DNA from: Octopus sinensis
Taxonomy: Eukaryota
NCBI RefSeq assembly: GCF_006345805.1
Contig: NC_043011.1
Span: 3,472,001-3,536,000, forward strand
Direction: 5' to 3'
DNA length: 64,000 nucleotides
Every line of letters begins with the position of its first letter. The first letter of the stretch is position 1. Positions 37,836 to 51,929 of the stretch are shown here, one piece after another. The position numbers and the translations under genes are program-made. The notes under the pieces are model-generated. The model did not search any database, was not told the DNA's origin, and saw only the letters and a list, made by a program, of their open reading frames with translations.

Positions 37836-38894
37836 TTATATGTTTAGGACTACAATATTTTAACATGTCCTTCCCTTTCACAAGATAGTAGGAGGTTGAA
37901 GAAGATTTGACTATTCTCTCTAGCAATCTAGGTGATTAGCTAGAGACTTTCCTACGCTGGTGTATCATGATAATGGTTGATGTGAAATGGAAGAAGCTAG
38001 AGCAGCATGATGAAAGAGATGCAGAGGAAGCAGAGATAGATGTGTTGGGAGACGAAACTTTTTATAGCATGCATGATTCTCACTAAATTTTGTTGATTTT
38101 GTGAGTAAAATTTCAATATTCACCTTTTAAAATTTATTGTTTTTATTTCAGAAAGTTAGTTGAGCTTAAATGCTGATTCTATCGAGAAACATCTAAGTTG
38201 AATATGTTCAGTGCACATTCGTGATACAAAATTAATTATATGTTTGATTCCAACCAAAATACATATACTGCAGTGAAAAATATATATTTTCTAGAACAAA
38301 TAACTGGTAGTATTATCCTTTAAATCAATCTACACCAATATAAAAGCAGTTTTTAGTTTCAGATTCAGTGGTCTGAAAAGTCAAAGGGATGGCTGATGCC
38401 TTGTTGTTGTTACAGCTGCAGCTAATGTTGATGATGTGATGGTGGTGGTGACGGTAGCAGCAGCAGTGGTGGTGGTGGTGGTGGTGGTGGTGGTGGTGGC
38501 ACTGGTGGCAGTGGCACTTACAGTAACAGTGGTAATAATGGTGGTAGTGATGATAATAATAAGGAAGAGGATTTTGATAGTTTTATCGAAGGTGATGCTG
38601 TGGATTTTGGTAATGATTGGATGAGAATGATAGTAATAAGAAAGATAATGATAATAATAGTGACGAAGAAAAAGAATTGCATTTTAATTAGAATTACATT
38701 TTAATTGTCTTGTGAATTACCACCATTATCAACAGGGCCTGACTCATTATCATCGTCGTCATCATCATCATCATTGTCATCAGGGAAGATATAATCAAAT
38801 CAATCATTTTTCAGTGAGAAATTTACCTGTCACTTTTAATTTGATTTAAAACCACGAGCTTCATATTTATATATATTTATATTCTTTTCTTCTT

Positions 38895-39110
38895 TTATTG
38901 GTCTCAACTAGAGTTGGAGACCATGCTGGAGCACCCCCTTTCAGTGTTTTTCGTTCTCCTTTCTGTACTGCTCTTCGTGAAGAAGCGAATTGGACAGAGC
39001 CACTCTTTTTTGTACCTCTTGCTGCAATATGGGTTCATCTGGATTTCAGATAGAAATTTTTCCAGGTGCTCTTTGAGAGTTTCCCCATTTACCCCTCACA
39101 AATCACTGAG
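38895..39110 (-). mobile_element. CR1/L2-group LINE 3' end; tail shared with SINE A
   Basis: LKEHLEKFLSE[frameshift]PDEP..KRVALSNSLLHE resembles the FKxxLDxFLxxVPDEP..RAAxSNSL C-terminus; followed by ggtgctccagcatgg. Confidence 0.72.
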
Positions 39111-39146
39111 ATTGTTTGGTGAGATGTAATGTATCCAATCACAGGT

Positions 39147-39975
39147 TTAGGTGAGGCTGCCCTTCCTGTCAATGCTGTTGGTGTCCTCTAACTTATGGGA
39201 TTTGTACCTATTCATTGCATTTTGTTGATATGGTGCCTGCTTTTCCTCCAAGCTTCTGTTTAGGTAGAGCAAGTCTAGCTTCCTTTGGGTCATATGTGAC
39301 AGTTGTATTCTTAGAATACCTTCACAGTAATTCTCCAGTTCTGAAGATGTTGTTGCTCCTACTTTTGAGTATGCATGGAATTTACTCATTTCTTTCTTTA
39401 CTGTTCAGTGCGTGTTGTCTGAGTGATACAATACAACATTCAAAGGCTTTTTTGACTGACCTGCCTCTACCACCATCACATCTCACATAAATCCTGTTGG
39501 TGTCGGTGTTAATATGAAAGTTACCAGTGGTGGTCAGTACCTTTCTGGTTTTGATGTCTAGGTTGCATATCTCATCGAGAGTCTAGTGCAATATACAGAT
39601 GTTGGTACTAGCACTGGTACTGTAAAAGCATTGTGAGATATGGTCTTGTTAAATGCAGATAGCTCTGAGTTCCATATTTTCCAGAGTCTACAGAAGTGCA
39701 CCTTTATTTTTCTGGCTTTGGTCACAGCACCAGCATATGAAGCATTCTCATCAACTCTGATGTACTTGTAGTGCTGATCATTAGCGAAAGGGGAGATAGA
39801 CAAACTGTTGATGTACATGGTCTCTGCTTGGTTGACAATCTTTCCTTGGTTGACTATCATGTATGAGTATTTTGTCCATATGACAAAATATGAGTATCTT
39901 GTCCGTACCCCATTTCTATATCTCGTGAAAATGTCATGACTAGTTCTAATTGTCTCTTGATGTTGATCATATTAC
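39147..39975 (-). mobile_element. R4/Dong-like LINE RT C-terminal relic
   Basis: FSRDIEM; YKYIRVDEN..KIWNSELSAFNK..HNAFTVPVLVPT. Confidence 0.85.
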
Positions 39976-40199
39976 CTGAATACAATTTTTATGTGCATGT
40001 GCATATTATAAAGTAGTGAGAGAGGTTTATTGACTAATAACACAGATATCTTAAGCATAAGGTGTGTATTGTACAAGCTGCAGTTAGTGAGAATGCTGAA
40101 TCTTGCAAATGGTAATAAGGTGGAAAGTGTTAAAACATTTTGTTACTCAGGAGACATGCAGAAGGTAAACTGAACTCAGCAATAGTGGTTAGAATGTGA

Positions 40200-40420
40200 T
40201 GTGCATGAAAGCAGTTCCAGGAATTGTATTGGTTAATGAGGAATGATGTGCCACTAAAACTGAAGAGAGAAGTGACTGTTACATGTAACAGTAGAATGAG
40301 AAGTGTTTTGATGTTTGGGAATGAGACAATCTCAAGGAATGGTGAGCAGCAAAGACAACAATTTCGAAAGACATTAAATGTAAATGGTTCAGTGGATAAG
40401 TGGTATGTCACTAAGAGAGA
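40200..40420 (+). mobile_element. RTE RT C-terminal relic
   Basis: VPLKLKREV..C..MRSVLMFGNET matches LPLKLKxxVYxACVRSVMLYGSET. Confidence 0.6.
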
Positions 40421-40519
40421 GGGGGGAAAGAGGTGGGGAAACAATGAATTTTGGGTAATTTGCTTAAGAAGAATGAAGAGAAATTGACTTCTTAACCACA
40501 CAACAATGCATTCATAAAT

Positions 40520-40850
40520 ATAAATGTTTTGCTCATGGTAGCATTCTTGTAAGCTGTTTGAAGCATGGCAACAGTTTTGATCACCATTTTCCCCTGTAGA
40601 AAACAGAATTTCACAGAAGCACGCTTTTCCTTCATTTCAGCCATAGCAAAAAATCAACAAACAGTGGGGAAGCACTGCAAAACAATGATGCACCACATGA
40701 CAGTATGACTCCACTAAATGCCGCCAGTTGGCGAACTGATGCCTGCCCGTTTTACGGTTTCATAAATTGGCATCTAGCAGTAGAAGTCTAAGCTATGACT
40801 GGCTTGCCCCACAGAGAATGTTTCCAGTTACTTTTGCGTACCTCTTCATA
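40520..40850 (-). mobile_element. Mariner 5' fragment
   Basis: MAEMKEKRASVKFCFLQGKMVIKTVAMLQTAYK; TIR-like end tatgaagaggtacgcaaaag. Confidence 0.8.
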
Positions 40851-40880
40851 TATATATATATAATATATATATATATATAT

Positions 40881-41016
40881 TATATTATATAGAGGGTATT
40901 ATTACACACAAATGTTGCACGCTAGGAGGGACTTTTAAAGTCATAACTACCAAATATAGATATTGGTAGTTATGGCTTTAAAAGTCCCTGTGTAATAATG
41001 CCCTCTATATAATATA
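40881..41016. repeat. 136-nt near-perfect hairpin with an 18-nt one-sided bulge
   Basis: Outer tatattatatagagggtattattacaca / tgtgtaataatgccctctatataatata; inner 27-bp stem with one G.U. Confidence 0.88.
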
Positions 41017-41563
41017 AATAAATATTTTGAAGTGAAAAAATTTACAGACTTTTTCTCTTATGAGGTTTTTCACACTAACTACATGATAATTTCTTATTAA
41101 AATTTCTTATTAAGATTTTATCCTATTTTCAAAATTTGTTTTATATATATATATACACACATATGAAAACATCGTGTACATTAAAACTGCTCTAAGGCTT
41201 TCCTATTTGGAAGCCTCTTAACGTGTTTTAATGTACACAATATTTTTATGTGAATAATATATATAATCTATTGACTAATTTTTTTTGTGCTAGGCCACTG
41301 GTAATAATAATTTCTATAATTCTTATTACCCTAATATTATTTATTATGTTTAAATATATATACATATGTATATGTACATATATATATCTATATATATGTG
41401 TGTGTGTGTGTGTGTGTGCGTATATATATATATATATAATGGATAGTAAAACGAATGGTTTACATTTGGTAGCTTACTGGTAGAGCACGGTCACTTTCAG
41501 AGTGATCACAAGGTAAATAACAAATGAAAGACAGAATATGGAATATACGAGAATATATTATTA

Positions 41564-41667
41564 ATCACAACAATTGTTTCAACACATCTAGCACCGACTC
41601 CTCTTGTGATACCCACAAACACTGGTACACGAGTATCTGGTGGTGCAGACACATTTCGTCAGGTGAT
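41564..41667 (-). ncRNA. Minimal type I hammerhead ribozyme with extended stem II
   Basis: ATCAC-CTGACGA-AATGTGTCT-GCACC...GGTGC-T-AGATGTGTT-GAAA-CAATTG-TT-GTGAT; predicted GUU cleavage between 41569 and 41568. Confidence 0.8.
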
Positions 41668-43364
41668 AAATAAAAAATCTCATTAAAATGACTGTTCCGT
41701 AATGCACCTTTCCATTTTGTAGGGAGAAAAACAGCTAGATGGAGGAAAATTCTTCATATATATAGAAGATCCAAAAATTGCAGAAGACAAAAAGAGAAAC
41801 AAAGACTTAATCCAGCAAGAAAAGATACTTACTAGAATTTCTGAAAGATTATCGAGATGCCTACAGGCATATAAATGTACTTTCGCACAATGCAGTGAGA
41901 ATGAATTTTGAGTAACTGTTAAAGTAGTGTAATTTTATTTTATCTTACTTGAAGGTATGGATGACTTAAATTTACTTTAAACCTCTCCATTCTTCTAAAC
42001 ACCTACTAAATATATAACTCACTTTGTAATCATGAGTGCACCTAACCTCGTGTGTGCGTATGCTCACATTTTTGCTAATGCTTGTATGAGCGTGTGTACT
42101 CGTGCAATGCTGCTTGCCCAAGGGCGTTTATACATCCATATTCGGCTGGTTTTACTCGAGATTACTCCAATCTGGCCAGCCCCAAGGAAAAACTAAACTA
42201 AGAGCATTAGATTCCTTGGAAGAAAGGAGCGAATGTATACGAAAAGAAGGACGGAAAAAAACGGAGAATGTTACACAAATATAAATAACAGGCCATAACA
42301 ACAGGTGTCTTTCGACTAAGTACGAATTAAATTAAACTGGTGTGTGTGAAAATAAAGCCTTACGGCAGGGATACAAGATTCCACAGGCACAGGGAGGAAT
42401 ATAGATGTTGCACGGACAATGGCCAAACCAAGAAAGAAAGATCAGGCTTGGCCGAACACCAGTCACGTGAGGGGAGAAGAGAGAGAGGTAGAGGCAGAGT
42501 GACAGAAGAATTAAGGAAGGGTGAGATATATAATATATAAATATATGCATATATACATACATATATATACATACCTACATACATATGTATATATACATGC
42601 ATATATGGGTACAGGACATCAAAAAACGTAGACAGAATGAGAAACGAAAACAGAAAACAAAACCATAGAAAACGAATTTTTTTCAATCAACGAAAAACCA
42701 AACAAACAGAGAAACAAGACATGCAACATAAAGAACATTCCCTTCATCAGTTGTGCCTTATTTTATCTACTCCATGTTTCGAAGGTAAGGACAAGACGCG
42801 ACTTTGTTAAAACAATCCTTCCTACAAAGCAAATTATATAAAATTTGGGATTTTTAGCGAAGGGTGAAAGTGGTAACAAGAACACACAGTAAAAACAAAA
42901 CAGTAAAAACAAAGGGTGAGAGCTGTTAAGCGAAGACGACGTGAAGTGGTGAACGCTGGAAAAACGAGCTTTGAGAAGAGACAGATAAAAGCACGTTTTG
43001 TCTTTTAGGAAAGAACTGGAAGAAAGATAGATGGATGGCCGTTGTTCCCATGTGTGCAACGAGAGAGTCAAGGAGGAAGAGTGATAGAGAGGGGGGAAAG
43101 TGAAGGGGGGAGGAGAAGAATATGGAAAGGGTATGAGAGAAAAAACAGAAAGGAAGAAGAACAATAGCGGGAGATAGATAGACAAAAAAGAGATAGAATA
43201 AGAGTGTGCATCTTAATTATTAAGATAAAACTTACTTGGAAAAGGATGCATGGTGTTCGATCATATAATATAAATAATATATAAATATATGCATATATAC
43301 ATACATATATGTACATACCTACATAGAAAACGAACTTTTTCCAAACAACAAAAAATGGGCTTTT

Positions 43365-43508
43365 TTTCAGTTTCCATCTATTAAATCCACTCACAAGGCT
43401 TTGGTTGGCTCAAGGTTATAGTGGAAGACACTTGCCAAAGGTGTCACACAGTGGGACTGAACCCAGAACTATGTGGTTGAGAAGTCAGCTTCTTACTACA
43501 CAGCCATA
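43365..43508 (-). mobile_element. SINE A 5' half
   Basis: Sequence match. Confidence 0.8.
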
Positions 43509-43961
43509 CCTGAAGCTATATCCATGCAGCCATACCTGCACCTATATTTCTATATGTCTGTGCGTGAGAGCGAGAGAGAAAAAGGGAAGTCAGAGACAGA
43601 GAGAGAAACATCTGAAACCATACTAGATAAGATGTACTAATGTGTGTCCTGTCGGAACCTTAGTAACAAAGACAATATTGCTCACAAATGCATAATATAA
43701 AGAATAAAAAAAAAGAAAACCAAATGGTAAGTCATTTAACTCTAGTTAGCTTAATGTATGTAGAAGATAGCTATAAAACAGATACCATTCTCACTTCACA
43801 GTAGAATGTCTGCTACTTATAAGGTTATTTAGCTGTAAATTCTGCAAGCATGAATTTATGGGAAACATGGAAAATTTCTAGAAATGTGTTTTCCACCATG
43901 ATTTCCATAAACTGATGCACAACTTATATAACTTCTACCATGGAGATATTTATATCTGTAT

Positions 43962-44016
<55 letters not shown>

Positions 44017-44811
44017 CACTCACTCACTCACACACATATGTATATGCATGTATGTATAGTTCAAATTTATAGAAAAAAAAAACAAAAGACGAAGACAGGT
44101 GTATGAACAACAAGCAGGTGTATTAGTTTGATGCTCGGGAAAAATGGAAAAGTCTTTTATGTTTCAAGCCTACTCTTTTCGACAGAAAGGAATAAATGGC
44201 CAAAAAATGGAGAGAATGAAAACAAAATGGAAAAAACGGTAGAGTTCAGCAGTTCGACTTGGTGAGATTATATATAGAATTAAAAGATAAGTATCTGTTT
44301 CAAATTCCATAGACAGTAGGACATTATTTCTTAAGAAATTGTTACCCAGTTAAATTTGTTTATATTAGTAATATTCAAGTCCTATGCTCCCTGAAGCAGA
44401 CTCTTAATTTTTAGAATGTTTGATTGTTTGAAATAAAACATACATACGTCTTAGGTAATGAGCAGCAATATTTTAGCATCCATGGAAGGTAAGGGGTGGT
44501 GGTTGGCAGGTGCATTTGTCTGCGTATATTCTGTAAGAATATGTTCAGGTGTGGAGATGTGTTACCTTGTTTTGAAACAACTGTGGGCTGTCGATAACGA
44601 GTATATCCAGCCACAGAATATCTGCTACAATAAGTTCCTTTTGGGTCATGCAAGCAAGGAAAAGCGGGTGTTAAATCAATGATGATGGTGATAGTGTATA
44701 TGCACAGACAGACAATACAGACAGACAAACTGATAGAAATAGCTATAAACATGTATGTTGTATATATGTGCCTATATACTTAAATACATATACATACATG
44801 CATACACACAC

Positions 44812-44939
<128 letters not shown>

Positions 44940-45158
44940 GTATATATTTATATATATATATATAATCAATTATTTAGCAGTGAAATTACTAGACAGTACT
45001 TAATAATAATGTAATGATTAATGGTTATCTAAAAAAAAATTTCCGTTGAGAATCCTCAAGTGATTGAAAAGCGTAAACAATTATAGCTGAGATTTGAATA
45101 AAGATATTCATATTTTACATAGATATACATTAATGAATAAGTAACCATCTTTCTGTTT

Positions 45159-45217
<59 letters not shown>

Positions 45218-45719
45218 TATGAGATAATGTACATTTTAAGCATAATTTTGATTATTTTGGTTAATAACTGTTATATGGGTAGATATTGAATATATGAATA
45301 TTGATGCTAATCGTATGAAGATGGAAAGTGTTGCTTTGAAATTTATTTGAAAAGTAAAGACACTGAAACCTTATTGCTGTGTGGTTAAAGGGTTTGATTA
45401 CATAACACATTGTAATGCATACGGATGTTAATGCTACCAGTCTGTCAAACTGTTGTACGTCAAGGCAAAGGGTTGCCGCTAGTTTTGAAGTTGATCCAAA
45501 TACAGGAATCGCTGACACTTCATGTTTGAGAAGTTAGCAGTAGAAATTGTGGTGTTGACTTGTAAAGCATTGCACCAAATGCAACAGGTCTGAATCAGAC
45601 AGAAATTTGTAAGGATACAAAATTATTGCAAAATTCACCCACATACCCACACACACAAACACACTCACACTTGCACACACACATACATGCACACACATTC
45701 AAGCACACACATATACATA

Positions 45720-45890
45720 TAGGTGTAGGAGTGGCTGTGTGGTAAGTAGCTTGCTTACAAGCCACATGGTTCCGGGTTCAGTCCCACAGCGTGGCATTTT
45801 GGGTAGATGTCTTCTACTATAGTCTTGGGCCGACCAAAGCCTTGTGAGTGGATTTGGTAGACGGAAACTGAAAGAAGCCCGTCGTATATA

Positions 45891-45931
<41 letters not shown>

Positions 45932-46152
45932 GTATGTATGAGTGTGTATGTGTTTGTGTGTCTGTGTTTGTCTCCCCAATATCGCTTGACAACCGAAGCT
46001 GGTGTGTTTAAGTCCCCGTAACTTAGCGGTTCGGTAAAAAAGACTGATAGAATAAGTACTGGGCTTACAAAGAATAAGTCTGGGGTCAATTTGCTCGACT
46101 AAAGGCGGTGCTCCGGTATGGCCACAGTCAAATGACTGAAACAAGTAAAAGA
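45720..46152 (+). mobile_element. SINE family A, full length
   Basis: Sequence match. Confidence 0.93.
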
Positions 46153-47149
46153 GCAAAGAGCGTATATAAGAGCATAGTCACAGCTGTGTGATTGAAAATT
46201 CACCTTACCACCACAAGATTCTTGACTCAGTTCCATTGTTCTGTTTTTTGTTATTGTAGTAGTAGTAGTAGTAGTAGTTATGAGATAATGTTAGGCATGT
46301 GTCTTCTAGAATAGCCTTGTGCTGACCATTTCCTCATGAGTGAAAGTGTGTTTGTAGAAACAGTGTATATGAATGTGTGAACTTCTATCTGTCGGTGTAC
46401 TTTGTTGCATTGCTTTATATCAGAATCGTAACTTAGTAATTTGATATCTAGATATTGATAAAAATTATGTACTGATGGTGATGTGATTAACTAAAACTCT
46501 TGAAGGGTGGTATTCCAGCATGTCACAGTCCGATGGCTGGAAACAGAATACTATATTTGAGTTTTTGTAATAAGAACAAAATAATAAGTACTTACCCTGC
46601 TTAGCTTAGTTCATAAACTGATTTATTAAAGTTTATCTAGCAGACATTCATCAGATCTCATTTCAATGAAGAACTGTTTTTGAAGAAAAATGTCTCAGTT
46701 TTGCTGTGAATTGCATTTGGTGTTTTGTTATATGCCTAGCATACTTCAAGTGAATCGTTTAGTCTTTTATCTCTCTGCTGTAATTCACCAGGTGGAATTA
46801 GTTTTCTGGCACCATTTCAATATGCTTTACATCTCATAATTTAATATATCAAAATATTGCGTAATTATATTAGATATATGTACTGAGCAGAGTTGGCACT
46901 TTTATGCTCTTTTCTTTCAATGAAACTTTAGCTCAATAGATTTGCCATTGGTTTGTTGGTTTCTTTCTTCTTGTAATTATATTCGTCTTCCAGAATATTA
47001 CATCAGTTACATAACCAGGATTTAAATCTTTTTTTCAATATACTTACTAAAATTCATTGTCTAACTGTATGTTACTGTGACAATGTTTCATTCAATAGCT
47101 TATGACATTTATGATTGGAGAGAAAATAATATTCAAAATTGCTTATATA

Positions 47150-47556
47150 TACTCTTTTACTCTTTTACTTGTTTCAGTCATTTGACTGCGGCCATGCTGG
47201 AGCACCGCCTTCAGTCGAGCAAATCGACCCCGGGACTTATTCTTTGTAAGCCCAGTACTTATTCTATCGGTCTCTTTTGCTGAACCGCTAAGTAACGGGG
47301 ACATAAACACACCAGCATCGGTTGTCAAGCAATGCTTGGGGGACAAACACACACGCACAAACACACACACACAAATATACATATACATATATACGACGGG
47401 CTTCTTTCAGTTTCCGTCTACCAAATCCACTCACAAGGCTTTGGTCGGCCCAAGACTATAGCAGAAGACACTTGCCCAAGATGCCACGCAGTGGGACTGA
47501 ATCCGGAACCATGTGGTTGGTAAGCAAGCTACTTACCACACAGCCACTCCTGCGCC
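47150..47556 (-). mobile_element. SINE family A, young full length
   Basis: Sequence match. Confidence 0.94.
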
Positions 47557-47579
47557 TATATATATATATATGTATGTAT

Positions 47580-47622
<43 letters not shown>

Positions 47623-47759
47623 TGTGTGAGTGTGTTTAGCAAGAGAAATAGAGAGAGAGAAAGAGAGAGTGCTCGGCAGTAAGCTTATTAGCCAGGGTAA
47701 TAAAAATGCAGTGTTAATTTCTAATAACTTCATAAAAAAAATTATTCAAAATAAATATG

Positions 47760-48010
47760 TCTCAGTATTTGTTGGTCTTCCTTTAGACAATTCCTTGGCT
47801 TACATCAGATTAGACACGAATTCCGTTAAATTAGCAATGATAAAGCTCATCCATATTTATGCAGTTTTTTGTCCCATATTTCTTCCAGTTTTGTAATTGA
47901 TATAATTTTCAACAGTCTGGCTCTGCTGTTCTCCAACATGTTTTATTGGATTAAGATCAGGACCTTGAGTAACCCACTTGAAATTTGATTCACTGGATTC
48001 TTGTCCAAGC
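47760..48010 (-). mobile_element. Tc1 transposase C-terminal relic
   Basis: KWVTQGPDLNPIKH (W..QSPDLNPIEN motif) and SKGRPTKY*. Confidence 0.75.
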
Positions 48011-48415
48011 TTGTGATATGTTGCATGTATGACTTAAGGCTCCATCATCATAAAAAAAAAAGAGTTTTCTTAATTTCTAAAATGCAAGAGATGGCTATTA
48101 GCAGTATTTTGGGGGATTTAACTGATTTTCAACTAAAATTAGCTCTAGTCTGTCTGTCATCTAAATTACATCTTCCTACCACCACCACCACCACCACCAC
48201 CTTACTATAATTCTAACTCCACAATGTTTTAACTGTTTCTTGCCAAGAAATCCATTTAATTGGTAATTCATTTCCCTTGTTGCAGAACCCATTGGCTCAG
48301 TTGAACCTTTTGATTTTACTACACTCTGAAATGATTGACATTTTTCGTGCAACCTTTAATACATATCCCAGGGCTTTCCGGACTTTTCTAACACAATATA
48401 GCAACATATCTTTTT

Positions 48416-48677
48416 ATCTTTTACTTGCTTCAGTCATTAGACTCTGGCCATACTGGAGCACTGCCTTGATGAACTTTTAGTCGTATGTATCAACCCCAGC
48501 AGTTATTTTTTGATAAACCTGGTACTTACTTTATCGGTCTCTTTTGCTGAACCGCTAGGTTATAGGGACATGAGCACATGAGCATCGGTTGTCAAGTAGT
48601 GGTGTGGGATAAACACAAACACACACACGTACATGCACATGCACACACACTCACATGCATGAACACACTTGCATGTG

Positions 48678-48712
<35 letters not shown>

Positions 48713-48848
48713 GACAAGCTTCTTTCAGTTTCCATCTACCAAATCCACTCTCGAGGCTTTGGTCAGCCCAAGGTTATTGTAGAAGACACTTGCCCAAGGT
48801 GCCATGCAATGGGACAGAACTTGGAACCATGTGGTTGGGAAGCAGGCT
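48416..48848 (-). mobile_element. SINE family A, older copy
   Basis: Sequence match. Confidence 0.85.
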
Positions 48849-49287
48849 TCTCGTGACGCTACCTCACCATAGAATTGTAACCTTTTTTTTACAGTAATAT
48901 GACAATGTTTAGTAGCTTCGTTTTTTAACTGCCCTCTTCACCCCCTCTGAAACTTTCTGCATCCTCCCAGATGTTTTCTTCACTCACGGATCCTCTTCTT
49001 ATATCCCCCACCCTTCTCTATGCCATTCATTGTTTGATGATTAATATTTTTAAAAAATTAAGCATTTTCTTAATTAGACTTTCTACAGTGATACTAACTG
49101 ATAACATACCCATGTGTAAATTCCTCATAGTCTTTTTCCAGATAGTTTCCTTTCTAGTAGTTTATCAAAATGAATTTACAGTTAATTCAATCTAAATGCA
49201 TGACAGAATGTATATATAGGTACTTACAAACAGGGAAAACATCTGTTAGAAAAAGAGGGAAAATAAACCAGTACTCCCTCTCTCTCT

Positions 49288-49686
49288 TATTCTTTTAATT
49301 GTTCTAGTCATGTGACTGTGGCCAAGCTGGAGCACTGCCTTTAGTCGAGCAAATCGACCCCAGGATTTATTCTTTGTAAGCCTAGTACTTATTCTATCAG
49401 TCACTTTTGCCAAACTGCTAAGTTACGAAGACATAAACACACCAGCATCGGTTGTCAAGCAATGTTGGGGGGACAAACACAGACACACTACCATACACAC
49501 ACACATACACATATATATACATATATACGATGGGCTTCTTTCAGTTTCCATCTACCAAATCCACTCACAAGTCTTTGGTCAGCCTGAGGCTATAGCAGAA
49601 GACGCTTGCCCAAGGTGCCACGCAGTGGGACTGAACCCAGAACCATGTGGCTGGTAAACAAGCTACTTGCTACACAGCCACTCCTA
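49288..49686 (-). mobile_element. SINE family A
   Basis: Sequence match. Confidence 0.92.
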
Positions 49687-50079
49687 GCTAAAGATTTTCT
49701 ATCTCACCAAATGTATATAAACAAACACATATGTATATAGATATGTATGAGTTTTTTATCTTCTATCTTTTACTTGTTTGAATCATTGGGTTGTGGCTAT
49801 GCAAGGGCACCTACAGTCTAATGACTGAATCATTTAATAGATAATGTATGTATGTGTGTGTGTGTATGTATCTATGTATGTATGTATTTATGTATGTAGG
49901 TATGTATGTATGTATGTTTTTTACATGTTCTTGTTCTCTTTTTAATTTAGAGTAAATTTCGACCAGCCATCTATTTCATAAAAAGGTTGTGAAAGAAAAC
50001 ATCTTGTTTTAACTACCATCCTTCTAATATTAAAAATGGTTTTGCAAATTTTAATAGTTCCAGATATTGTGAACAGAGG

Positions 50080-50700
50080 TAGTATATGAATTAAAGACTT
50101 GCAGTCTCTCCCCAAGGTCCCAAATTCAGCCATACTTTGATCTAGACAGATTGGCATTTATCTTGTTCGAATAATAATAAGTATGAAGCTGAAAGTGTAT
50201 CTTGGATACTGGATTTACAAACGCTTTATCAATGGTCCTAAGGTGTCCTCTTTCTCCTGTATTTTTCTGCAACATCGGTGTCCAGAGGTCAGCTGATTTT
50301 CCTGACAGAAAACATCCTTTCCCTGTTTGTTCCACACAACAATATTTGGCTGGTTGTGTTTTAACTTGGTGGTTGTATAAATTTTTAACTTAGTTAATTT
50401 TTAACTTAGCTTTAATATTTAAGTTACACTAATACCCTTTTGAATCATCGGTCTCAATATGATTGATTCATCTGAAGGTATTTTCTTTTTGTTATCTTGT
50501 TCCAGACTCTTCTGGCCACTGCATCATATGTCATGAGAAAATAATACCAAGAAGATATTCTCTTGTATTTGGTAACAATGTGGTTGATGTCTTCAATCTT
50601 GGTGTTGCACAGCCAGCATTTGTTGTCTTTGACAGACAACAAACGAAGGTTGTGTGTAATAATGGGAAGTTTTAGTTTAGCTGTTGAATACATGTTTATT
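50080..50700 (-). mobile_element. R4/Dong-like LINE zinc-knuckle / restriction-like endonuclease relic
   Basis: DNKCWLCNTKIEDINHIV..SSWYYFLMTYDAVA (CxxC..H..RHDxVA pattern); YPRYTFSFILIII. Confidence 0.8.
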
Positions 50701-51119
50701 TGACCATTCCATGTTTCTCAGAATATATTCTCTAATGTTCCTTTCCTTTATCTTTTTAAAGTTGGTAGTGTACAACATGATGAAGATTTAGCTGTTAATT
50801 CTACTAGATCAAGTGAATAAATACAAGCCATACCCACCCATTCATTCAGTTGTGAAGCAATATTTCATTGATTACAGAGTAACGATCTATATGTTTGATA
50901 TATATGTGTTAATGATTTTCTCTCATGAATCATATTAAATGTAAATATTCAACAACTACTTTGATAACTGTCTGAGTTTAGTATGCTATTAGTAATTATG
51001 AGCCTGATTAGATCAAAATTACTGGAGATGTTCTCTGTCAAGTTTCACGATGGTGTCAAGAAAATAATTACAATGTTTAGAAATGATTCACTCTTTACAC
51101 AAACACATGCACACGCACC

Positions 51120-51420
51120 ATCATCATCATCATCATCCTCATCATCATCATCATCATCATCCTCAGCAGCAGCAGCAACATCATCATCATCATCATCACC
51201 ATCCACATCATTTCTTTACCTCACCTTTCCATGCCAGTATGGGTTCGGCAGGTTGTTGCTTTTCTAGATGGGTTGGTTTGGAGAACCACATCTTGCTTAT
51301 GAGGGTTTTTTCTTTTTGACATGATTTCTACTGTTGGATGTCCTTCTTAACATTAACCACTTTACAGAAAATACTAAGAACAATTTTTCATAGCACCAGC
51401 ATTAAAAATACTGTCATGTA
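51120..51420 (-). mobile_element. Degenerate RTE 3' tail with (ATC)n
   Basis: (atc)n, tttccatgccagtatgggtt, ggatgtccttcttaacattaacc. Confidence 0.65.
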
Positions 51421-51652
51421 TCTGACAAGACCAAAGGGTCCTTGCAATTTCACGTGCCTGTGAGTGAAAATATTGGTAGAGTATTCGAGGCACACATCTG
51501 ATGAGATACCATATCATTATGCCTTGAGATGAGCAAGAAAGTTAGGGTGATAGAGACATGAGTGACAATGGCATAGGTGTAGACAGATAAATGATAAGGT
51601 GATGTGATATAAATGTGAATACATACATACATACATATACATATACATATAC

Positions 51653-51684
<32 letters not shown>

Positions 51685-51929
51685 TAGAAGAAATGAGGTA
51701 CTCAGAAATTTGGATGGTTTTATATTTACAGATATTTATTTGTATATTACATGTTTTTATACATCATATAACTTAGATCATATATTAGCGCTTTCTCCCA
51801 TTCTAGTGGGATATATGTGTGTGTGTGTGTGTATATATACATATATATATAAATCCGAAAAAGAAGTATACTCTAAGTCATAGAGCAATAGAGTATATAG
51901 ATAACGATAGATATGCTCAGTCTGTGGAG

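Noticed and set aside
42735-42790. Minus-strand GAAAC...CTGATGA as a type II hammerhead
   Set aside because: No stem I can form; likely a scrambled PLE footprint (42.0-43.4 kb also shows partial direct duplications).
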